Shown here: positions 56,868 to 64,000 of the stretch, one piece after another | Layout of the letters: each line of letters begins with the position of its first letter | How positions within the stretch are numbered: the first letter of the stretch is position 1 | NCBI GenBank assembly: GCA_040389925.1 | Contig: JAZJZJ010000110.1 | Location: 24,504 to 88,503, forward strand | Length of the DNA stretch: 64,000 nt | From: Pseudomonadota bacterium | GTDB taxonomy: Bacteria; Pseudomonadota; Gammaproteobacteria; Burkholderiales; Burkholderiaceae_C | Direction of reading: 5' to 3' | Translations under genes and position numbers: made by a program | Notes under the pieces: model-generated | Told to the model about the DNA's origin: nothing | Seen by the model: only the letters and a program-made list of their open reading frames with translations | Database searches by the model: none

Positions 56868-57965
56868 TCAGGACATGCGCCGCACCGAGCTCCCGAAGCG
56901 GATCGGCTTTTCGAGCAAGTCGTAGGTCAGCGCCGCGAGCACCACACTGCCGATCAGGATCATCACCCGAACTTCGTTGGTTAGCGGGATGCCCATCAGC
57001 ACCGGGACGCTGAGCAGCGGCCCATGCCACAGACAAAGCGGGTAGCTGACGGCACCGTAAAACCGCAGGATCGATTGCGACAGGATGTGTCGGTTGACCC
57101 AGGCCCCGGGCCCGGCGGCCAGCAGCGCGAAGCTGCCCAGCGTCGGCAGCAGCGCCCACCAGCGGGGCAAACGATCGGTCGTGTCGGCCAGCCACACGGC
57201 TCCCATCAGCAGCAACAGGCCGATGACCGCGAGCGCGTCGGCCAGGTGCCGGCGCGATCCTGTCGGCACGCGCCCACGGAGCCAGGCCACCGGTTCACCG
57301 CCGCGGTACGGGGTCAGGCAGGCGAGCAGCGCGCCCACCATCAATTCCCAGAACGGCGTGGAGGACGACAGGAAGAAGTCGGCGGTCGGTTCATCAGCGA
57401 CGACAACGATGTTCAACAGAAGCCAGGTCAGCAGGCTCGCGCAGATGATCCACGGCGCCCAGCGCCGGCGCTTGAACAGGAATACCGCCGCGAGCGGCCA
57501 CACAAGGTAGAACATCGCCTCGATACCGAGCGATCGCAGATGCAGCAGCGGCTTCGCTTCGAGGATGAGACCGAAATGGCCTGTCTCCTTCGGCCACCCG
57601 ATGCTCGGGAACAACAGCGCTCTGAACACGAGCCACGCGAACAGCACCAGGCACAGCGCCGGGAAGATGCGCAGGGCGCGGCGCTTGTAGAACTCCATGT
57701 AGCTGAACCGCCCCGCCTCGAGCGACCGGAACAGGACGCCGGTGATCAGAAAGCCCGACAGGACGAAGAAGATGTCGACCCCGATGAAACCACCTCGGAT
57801 CCACTGCGGAAACGAGTGCACCGCCAGCACCGACAACACCGCGATCCCGCGCAGTCCTTCGATGTCGGGCCGGTACCCAGCGTGCGCTTGCAGCGTCGAC
57901 GCCTGTTTGCGGCCGTCCGGTGACGGCCCGGTTCGATCTCCGGAAAGGGGCAGGACGCTGCTCAT
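56868..57965 (-). CDS. Degenerate AT3 acyltransferase paralog without SGNH domain (possible decaying gene)
   Basis: Aligns with the neighbouring AT3 but has an in-frame gap of about 19 aa and altered motifs (HLRSLGIEAMFY, CLWHGP). It stops just after EKPIRFG. Confidence 0.75.
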   Translation of the reverse strand: MSSVLPLSGDRTGPSPDGRKQASTLQAHAGYRPDIEGLRGIAVLSVLAVHSFPQWIRGGFIGVDIFFVLSGFLITGVLFRSLEAGRFSYMEFYKRRALRIFPALCLVLFAWLVFRALLFPSIGWPKETGHFGLILEAKPLLHLRSLGIEAMFYLVWPLAAVFLFKRRRWAPWIICASLLTWLLLNIVVVADEPTADFFLSSSTPFWELMVGALLACLTPYRGGEPVAWLRGRVPTGSRRHLADALAVIGLLLLMGAVWLADTTDRLPRWWALLPTLGSFALLAAGPGAWVNRHILSQSILRFYGAVSYPLCLWHGPLLSVPVLMGIPLTNEVRVMILIGSVVLAALTYDLLEKPIRFGSSVRRMS

Positions 57966-58103
57966 CGGTGGCTTGTGGATCGGGGGAAAGCGCCGCACCC
58001 TCGGCAGGGCTTGCAGCATCGGGCCCCGCGTTGATACTTCCACTCACACTCTAGGGGTCAGGCAAGTCAACTCGTGCCGCGTGGCGGGCGCACCGAATGG
58101 CCC

Positions 58104-59195
58104 CTACGGACCGGCCCCGGCGGGTGGCTGCGCGGCAGTCGCCAGCGCCAACAGGTCCCGCGCTTGGTCGGTCAGCCGGTGGTCGGCGTACCAGCCCAGC
58201 AGTCTTGCGGCGATTGCTTCGCGCGAGGCCGGCAAGTCGGCCGCGCCGGCCAGCGCCGGCAGGCTCAGGTAGTGCCCGCCCATGACCAGCCGGTCGGTGT
58301 CAGGCCCGGGCCGGCGCGTGTCGAGCACGACACAACCGTGGGCCGCGTAGGCCGCGAACACGCCGGATTTGCCGAGAAACTGCGACGGGTAGTCGAGCAG
58401 CCCGAAACGCGCTGCCTGCAGCAGGCGGCCCAAGTCTGGCGCTTCGAGCCGCCCGACATGGCGACGCGGGATCGTGGTCGGACCTCCTGTTGATCGAGGA
58501 CCGTTGCCGACCTCGATCAGTTCCTCGATGCCGAGCCGGCGCAGCGTGGCCTCGTGCCCGCGCAGTTCGTCGAAGACCCGCTGGCGGGTCGGCGCCGATC
58601 CGAACACGACCGCCGTCGATTGCCTGCCGCCCGTGGCCGGCGAGACGCCGGGCTCGCCGACGTTCGAGAACACCGGCCGGACCCGGATCGGCGTCGCCGG
58701 CTCGACCACCCGCGCGAGCCAGCGCGCGTGTTGCTCGGTGTTCGTCCACAGCGCGTCGGCCATCCGGGCCAGGCGGGCGGCGATCAGCGCCTGCCAACGC
58801 GACAGCCAGAACGCCGAGCGCCACGGCGGGCCTGACGCGAACAGCTCGTGAAAAACCACGACCAGGCGCAGCCCTTCGCGACGCTGCGCGCGCACGGCGC
58901 GCAGCGCGTGCAACTCGGCGAGCAGCCAGAAGCACAGGCCGCGCTGCGCGTAGCCATAGCCCGAAAAATGCAGCACCAGTGCGCACGGCTGCGAGGCCTG
59001 CATGCCGCACTCGGCAATGCGCTCGGCCAGCGAGTGCTGGCCCGCGAGTTCCCTGGACAAGGCGATGACATGGGAGCTGACTCCCTGCGCCTCCCACTCG
59101 GCCTTCAGGCACTGCAGGTAGTCGAACACGCCGCCGCGGCCGGGTGGCGCGAGTTGGACCAGCACGGGTGGGGCGGGCAGGGGCTCAAGGTGCAT
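58104..59195 (-). CDS. Divergent GT-B/GT4-like glycosyltransferase
   Basis: GGVFDY, HFSGYGY, VFHEL, PVFSNVGE, and KSGVFAAYAAHG. Confidence 0.65.
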   Translation of the reverse strand: MHLEPLPAPPVLVQLAPPGRGGVFDYLQCLKAEWEAQGVSSHVIALSRELAGQHSLAERIAECGMQASQPCALVLHFSGYGYAQRGLCFWLLAELHALRAVRAQRREGLRLVVVFHELFASGPPWRSAFWLSRWQALIAARLARMADALWTNTEQHARWLARVVEPATPIRVRPVFSNVGEPGVSPATGGRQSTAVVFGSAPTRQRVFDELRGHEATLRRLGIEELIEVGNGPRSTGGPTTIPRRHVGRLEAPDLGRLLQAARFGLLDYPSQFLGKSGVFAAYAAHGCVVLDTRRPGPDTDRLVMGGHYLSLPALAGAADLPASREAIAARLLGWYADHRLTDQARDLLALATAAQPPAGAGP

Positions 59196-60138
59196 CGGAT
59201 GCCTTCGGGAGGAATCCGGCGAGTCGGACCGCGACCGCCGCCGAGTGGGTCTTCTGGCAGGCCTCGTTCAGGTGCGACAGCGTGTCGAAAAAACAGTCGA
59301 GCGGGTAGCGCGACTGGCCGGGGAGCACCAGGAAACCCTGTCCCTGCGCCGCGTAGAACTGGCGCAGACGTTCGATCTCGCGCGGCGCCACCACCACCGA
59401 GTCGGGCACGGTTGGCAACCCGCCGACGACGACGATGCCGTCTTGCCGGGCCTGGTGCAAGAAGGCTTCGATCACGCGGATCGCATCCGAGTCGAACGGC
59501 ACGCTGATGGCGCCGAATGTGCTGCTCCGAAGAAAGGCCGCGTATTGCTGGCCGAGCAGGGCGGTGTGGCCGCTCTCATCGCCCTGCGGCGTCAGGCTCT
59601 CGGTGCTGCTGCGGCGCCGAAAGCCTCGGCGCTCCAGCGCCATCTCGGCCAAGCCGTGGATCAGGAACGGCAGGTCGAACGAGCCGTAGGCGGCGGCGAT
59701 GCGCCTGGCGTCGAGCGACCACAGGATGTCGCGGTGGCTGTGCACCAGCAGCGCATTCTGCAGGCCGCCATGCATCTCGGCGTTCGAGAAACCGTACTGG
59801 CTGTACTCGAGCGGCATGTAGACCAGGTCGCCGGCACGCAGCAGCGGGCGCCATTGCGCGAGCTGGAAGTCGATCCCGATGCCCACGCCGATCGACGCGT
59901 TGACACAGGGCCGACCCAGCGCCGCGCTGAGCATGTCGCAGCGGTGGCTGAAACGCCCGTTGCTGCCCGCAAAAATCACGATCTTCGGCGAGCCGATCTG
60001 GCGTGCGTAGGCCAGCTTGTAGTCCAGGCTCTTCTGGATCTCGCCGACCACCAGCGGGCGGTGCACGACCGAGAACACCGCGATGAACAGCGCGATCGAC
60101 AGCGCGAGGAGGCCGACGAGTGCGAGCAGCCGTTTCAC
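59185..60138 (-). CDS. Membrane-anchored SGNH-like partner of the MBOAT protein (AlgJ/DltD-like role)
   Basis: N-terminal TM, AGSN block, and C-terminal FFDTLSHLN (DxxxH). Follows the MBOAT gene. Confidence 0.7.
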   Translation of the reverse strand: MKRLLALVGLLALSIALFIAVFSVVHRPLVVGEIQKSLDYKLAYARQIGSPKIVIFAGSNGRFSHRCDMLSAALGRPCVNASIGVGIGIDFQLAQWRPLLRAGDLVYMPLEYSQYGFSNAEMHGGLQNALLVHSHRDILWSLDARRIAAAYGSFDLPFLIHGLAEMALERRGFRRRSSTESLTPQGDESGHTALLGQQYAAFLRSSTFGAISVPFDSDAIRVIEAFLHQARQDGIVVVGGLPTVPDSVVVAPREIERLRQFYAAQGQGFLVLPGQSRYPLDCFFDTLSHLNEACQKTHSAAVAVRLAGFLPKASDAP

Positions 60139-60156
60139 GGTTCGTCGCCCCTCAAC

Positions 60157-61677
60157 TCAGAACTGGAAGTACAGGAACTCGGAGGCGCGGCCGTACAGCA
60201 CACGCTGCAAGGCGAGCGCGGCGCAGGGCACGACCAGCGCATAGCGCCAACGCATGCGCAGCTCGAGCAGCGTCGGGGCGCCGAGCGCGATGGCCAGGCC
60301 GAGCATCAGCATCAGCACCATCTCGACGCAGCCCATGACCGTGCCGTCGGCCAGGTACTGAACCTTGCCGACACCATCGGCCACATGGCCGAGCACCGGC
60401 ACGAACGCGATGATCTGGTCGGGCAGCTGGGCGCCGTGCTGGCCGGCCATGCTGCGCAGAATGGCCAGCGCCGTGTTCAGGTCGGCCGCACGGAAGAACA
60501 CCCACGCCACCACGACGGCGAGGAAGGTGGCGAGCCACGCGACAGGCGCCAGGACCGCGGCCAGCCCCGCGTGGGCGTTGCCCGGGCACCAGCGCTCGAC
60601 CCCGCGCCGCCAGGCGTGGAAACCCATCAGGTACAGGCCGTGCAACCCGCCCCAGACCACGAAGGTCCAGCCCGCGCCATGCCACAGGCCGCCGAGCAGC
60701 ATCGTCAGCATCAGGTTGGATTGCTGGCGCGCGAGGCCCAGCCGGTTGCCGCCGAGCGGGATGTAGAGGTAGTCGCGCAAGAAGCGCGACAAGGTCATGT
60801 GCCAACGCCGCCAGAACTCGGCAATGTTGCGCGCCTTGTAGGGCGAGTGGAAATTCATCGGCAGGCGCACCCCGATCATCAGCGCCAGCCCGATCGCCAT
60901 GTCCGAGTAGCCGGAGAAATCGAAGTAGATCTGCAGCGTGTACGAGAGCGCGGCCCCCCAGCCCTCGAACAGGCTGAGCGTGTGGCTGCCGGCGGCTGCG
61001 AAGCCGGGGCTCGCGTAGCCGCCGAAGGCGTCGGCGAGCACGGTCTTCTTGAACAGGCCGAGGATGAAGATGACCAGGCCATCGGCCAGCCGCGCCGCGT
61101 TGAAACGGAAGATGTCGGCGCGCGCGAACTGCGGCATCATTTCCCGGTGGTGCAGGATCGGGCCGGCGATCAAGTGCGGGAAGTAGGTGACGAACAGGCC
61201 GTAGCGCACCGGGCTGAAGTCCGCCGCCTTGCGCTGGTACACATCGACCAGGAAGGCGATCTGCGTGAACGTGAAGAACGAGATGCCCAGCGGCAGTTCG
61301 ACGCCGGGCCAGCGTTGCGCCGAGCCGGCGAGCTGCGCGACGCTGTCGACGATGAAGCCGGCATATTTGAACCACACCAGCACCCCAAGGTTGATCGCGA
61401 TTGCGCCGATGAGCCAGGCCTTCGGCGACCACAGGGCGGACTGACCTCGCGTTGCACCGAGGCTCGACGCGGCGATCCGGCGCCCCGCCAGGAAGTTGAA
61501 CCCGATCGAGGCCAGCATCACCGGCACCCAACCGATGTTCCACCAGCCGTAGAAGACGACCGATGCCGCACTCAGCCACGCCAGCGCCGCAGACGCGCTG
61601 CGCCGCGCCGCCAGGAAGAACCCGAGCAGCGTGGCGGGCAGAAAGACGAAGATGAACTCCGGCGAGTTGAAGAGCAT
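60157..61677 (-). CDS. MBOAT O-acyltransferase (AlgI-like)
   Basis: MLFNSPEF, LPLGISFFTF, QIYFDFSGYSDMA, FWRRWHMTLS, GLWHGAGW, and EFLYFQF. Confidence 0.95.
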   Translation of the reverse strand: MLFNSPEFIFVFLPATLLGFFLAARRSASAALAWLSAASVVFYGWWNIGWVPVMLASIGFNFLAGRRIAASSLGATRGQSALWSPKAWLIGAIAINLGVLVWFKYAGFIVDSVAQLAGSAQRWPGVELPLGISFFTFTQIAFLVDVYQRKAADFSPVRYGLFVTYFPHLIAGPILHHREMMPQFARADIFRFNAARLADGLVIFILGLFKKTVLADAFGGYASPGFAAAGSHTLSLFEGWGAALSYTLQIYFDFSGYSDMAIGLALMIGVRLPMNFHSPYKARNIAEFWRRWHMTLSRFLRDYLYIPLGGNRLGLARQQSNLMLTMLLGGLWHGAGWTFVVWGGLHGLYLMGFHAWRRGVERWCPGNAHAGLAAVLAPVAWLATFLAVVVAWVFFRAADLNTALAILRSMAGQHGAQLPDQIIAFVPVLGHVADGVGKVQYLADGTVMGCVEMVLMLMLGLAIALGAPTLLELRMRWRYALVVPCAALALQRVLYGRASEFLYFQF

Positions 61678-61747
61678 GCGCTGCCTTGGTCAACGCAGGG
61701 GTCGCGGCCCATGGCGCGCGATCCCTGGTGCCCGGGTCCAATTCAGT

Positions 61748-63352
61748 TCATTGCGCCGAGCTCGTGTACTTCAGGCTCTGCGCTGTGCTCGCATCGAACG
61801 AGAACACCTTGGCACCGGTTTCCTGCACCGCCCCGCCGGATGAGCGGGCGGCGAACCCGGTCATGAAGCTTCCCGGGCCGCCCATCGTGCTGGCGAAGAC
61901 GAAGTCGCTGCCGAAGTCGATCGAGCCGGGCAGGGTGCCCAAGGGGGTGGCGGTTCGGGCGGCGGTGTCGTAGCCCACCAGCGTAGCGTCGCTGAAGGCC
62001 TTGGAGCCGTAGCCGTTGGCAAAGACGAAGCGCGTGCGGTTTTCGCTCAGGTTGAAGTTGACGCTGCCGGCTTCGGCCACGGCCATTGGAAAGCCGCCGG
62101 TGCTGGTGGCGTAGACGATGTTGCCCCCCTCATCGATCATCTCGATCGCGTAGGTGATCGCGGCCGAGCCGATGTTCGTGACCCGCCACAACTGGTGCAC
62201 ATCGCTCGCGCTGGTCTGCACTGTGGTGAGCGTGGAGCTGGACGTGATCGCCAGCGGCTTGACGGGCACGCCGACGGTCTTGCTGATCGCCAGCAGACGG
62301 TTGTCGGCAGCGCCGATCACCGTGGCGTACAGCTGCGTGCCGGCCATGCTCGCGATGCTCAGCAAGCCGGACCCGCTGGCCAAGACGGTTGCGGAGGGTG
62401 CCACCCGGCTGATCTTGAGCACCGTCCAGCTCGATGCCGTGGTCGACCCGCTGTTGCGGAAGACATAGTGGTTGGCGGCGTCGAAGCCGATGCTGGTCCA
62501 GCCGCCCCCGCCGGTGCTCGCAGCACTCAGGCGGCTTTCGGTCGGCGCGGTGCCGCTCGGGAAGTCGAGCACGCTGAGCTGGGTGCCATCGTCGACCAGC
62601 ACCGAGCGGTAGGTCGCGGCGACGACCCCGGTCAGAGCTGGTTCGGTGTCGGTGCGGGTGACCACCGTGGTGCCAGGGCTTGGGCCCCAGAAGAACACGG
62701 TCTTCGGATAGATCCAGCCGCGCGGCGCCAGCGTGGCGACATCGCGGAACACGCCCAGCGGCACGGCGCTGCTGATCGGCGTGAACGTGAGCCCGCCGCT
62801 GGCGGTCAAGCTGACCTCGGCCCGACCGTCGTCCGCCGTGGTGCATGACCCATCGGCGCCCGCGGTCGAGACGATGTAGCGCGAATTCTCCGGCGCGGCA
62901 TAGTCATTCGCCTCGATCACGAAGCTGCAGGCCGACGTGGACTGCGCCCGTTGCACCCGGGACAACGGCACGGTCCCATTGGCCTGCATCGGCACGCGCC
63001 GCACATCGCCGCCGACGATGTAGAGCAACGCGTAGGGCTGGAGCGAATCGACCTTCGACCCGGCGACGTCGACGCTGCCGCTGGCAACCAGCTTGGCGTC
63101 GCTGACCACCGAGTTGCTGACCTCGATCACCCATTCCGTGCCCGGCGTGGCAGGGTGCAGCAACGAGAGCCCGTACTTCAGGTTGTCGGTCGGCCCCTGG
63201 GCCTTGAGCAACCAAGCGAACGCGCCCGAGGTGGGCGCCGCCGCCGGGGCGCTGCCCGATGTGCCCGCCTCGCCGCCACCGCCGCCGCAGGCGGCGAGGC
63301 CGAGCAGGGCGGTGGCCAGGACGCACAGTCGCGTTGTTTGTTTCGATGTCAT
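61748..63352 (-). CDS. Ser/Thr-rich lipoprotein of unknown function
   Basis: Lipobox LAAC followed by GGGGG and an A/P linker, then a beta-rich body. Start corrected to ATG 63352. Confidence 0.78.
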   Translation of the reverse strand: MTSKQTTRLCVLATALLGLAACGGGGGEAGTSGSAPAAAPTSGAFAWLLKAQGPTDNLKYGLSLLHPATPGTEWVIEVSNSVVSDAKLVASGSVDVAGSKVDSLQPYALLYIVGGDVRRVPMQANGTVPLSRVQRAQSTSACSFVIEANDYAAPENSRYIVSTAGADGSCTTADDGRAEVSLTASGGLTFTPISSAVPLGVFRDVATLAPRGWIYPKTVFFWGPSPGTTVVTRTDTEPALTGVVAATYRSVLVDDGTQLSVLDFPSGTAPTESRLSAASTGGGGWTSIGFDAANHYVFRNSGSTTASSWTVLKISRVAPSATVLASGSGLLSIASMAGTQLYATVIGAADNRLLAISKTVGVPVKPLAITSSSTLTTVQTSASDVHQLWRVTNIGSAAITYAIEMIDEGGNIVYATSTGGFPMAVAEAGSVNFNLSENRTRFVFANGYGSKAFSDATLVGYDTAARTATPLGTLPGSIDFGSDFVFASTMGGPGSFMTGFAARSSGGAVQETGAKVFSFDASTAQSLKYTSSAQ

Positions 63353-63453
63353 GTTCGTGCTCCGGTGGCATTGCCGATTACTGGGTTTGATCGGGTCCGT
63401 TGCCCGCACGCCTGGCCGCGTTACGGCGGAAGGGGTGGCAGGCGGGGCCGGGT

Positions 63454-63999
63454 TCAGGGGGGTGACGAGGCGAGCCGACGCTGCAGCGCGGCATAGCTGC
63501 CGAGCACGTTGGGGACGTAGGCGAGCGTCTCGGCATACGGCGGCACGCGTTGCCGGTGGCGCCAGACGGCGCTGGCGCCGGCGTTGTAGGCGGCCAGGGC
63601 GAGCGTGGTGTCCTGCCCGAACTGGTCCAGCAGCATGCGCAGGTGGCGCGCACCGGCGACGATGTTCTGGCGTGGATCGAAGGGGTCGGTCACGCCGTAG
63701 TCGCGTGCGGTCGGCGGCATCAACTGCATCAGGCCCATCGCGCCACGGGGCGATACCGCACGCCGCGCGTAGCCCGACTCGGCACCGATGATGGCGTGCA
63801 GCAGCGCCGGATCCAGGCGTTGTGCCGCGGCCGCCGTTGCCACGATCTCGGCCAGATCGCCGCGCTGGCGGGCGAACCGGTCGGCGAGCACGGTCGCGGC
63901 CCGAGGGGGCACTGCGCCACGCGAGTCGGATGCGCTGCCGACGACCAGGCGCACCGCTTGGCCGGCCTCGCGAGCGGGGCGGTCGCTGAGATGGATCGC
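63454..63999 (-). CDS. Soluble lytic transglycosylase (SLT domain), 5' end outside window
   Basis: AIIGAESG, GAMGLMQLMP, ALAAYNAG, ETLAYV. The frame stays open to the window edge. Confidence 0.92.
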   Translation of the reverse strand, partial: AIHLSDRPAREAGQAVRLVVGSASDSRGAVPPRAATVLADRFARQRGDLAEIVATAAAAQRLDPALLHAIIGAESGYARRAVSPRGAMGLMQLMPPTARDYGVTDPFDPRQNIVAGARHLRMLLDQFGQDTTLALAAYNAGASAVWRHRQRVPPYAETLAYVPNVLGSYAALQRRLASSPP

Positions 64000-64000
64000 A

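Overview
High-GC (about 70% by eye) bacterial DNA, probably a betaproteobacterium of the Burkholderiales (inference from composition and gene families). The whole window is one cell-surface locus. Left part: the 3' end of a TpsB/ShlB transporter; two cytoplasmic TPR-GT41 protein glycosyltransferases (one SPINDLY-like, one OGT-like) converging on a VPLPA-CTERM protein and an orphan PstS/DING-fold secreted protein; and a 3518-aa filamentous haemagglutinin (TpsA). The TpsA gene heads a tightly packed + strand run: GT4, DUF2341/LamG-ExbB, ExbD, TonB-like, putative porin, coiled-coil protein, then Wza, an OM barrel, Wzc and a BY-kinase. Middle: a mini PEP-CTERM protein, a TPR lipoprotein and exosortase D-EpsI. 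Right part: a Wzx/Wzy glycan pathway with many GTs, UDP-xylose synthase, a probable ribofuranosyltransferase, four methyltransferases, several O-acylation modules, two CGGG lipoproteins and a truncated lytic transglycosylase. The best candidate for an undescribed system is the coupling of protein glycosylation, two-partner secretion, a receptor-less Ton motor, exosortase sorting and EPS export. I saw no rRNA, tRNA, CRISPR array or mobile element. All family calls come from motif recognition by eye; no database search was run.
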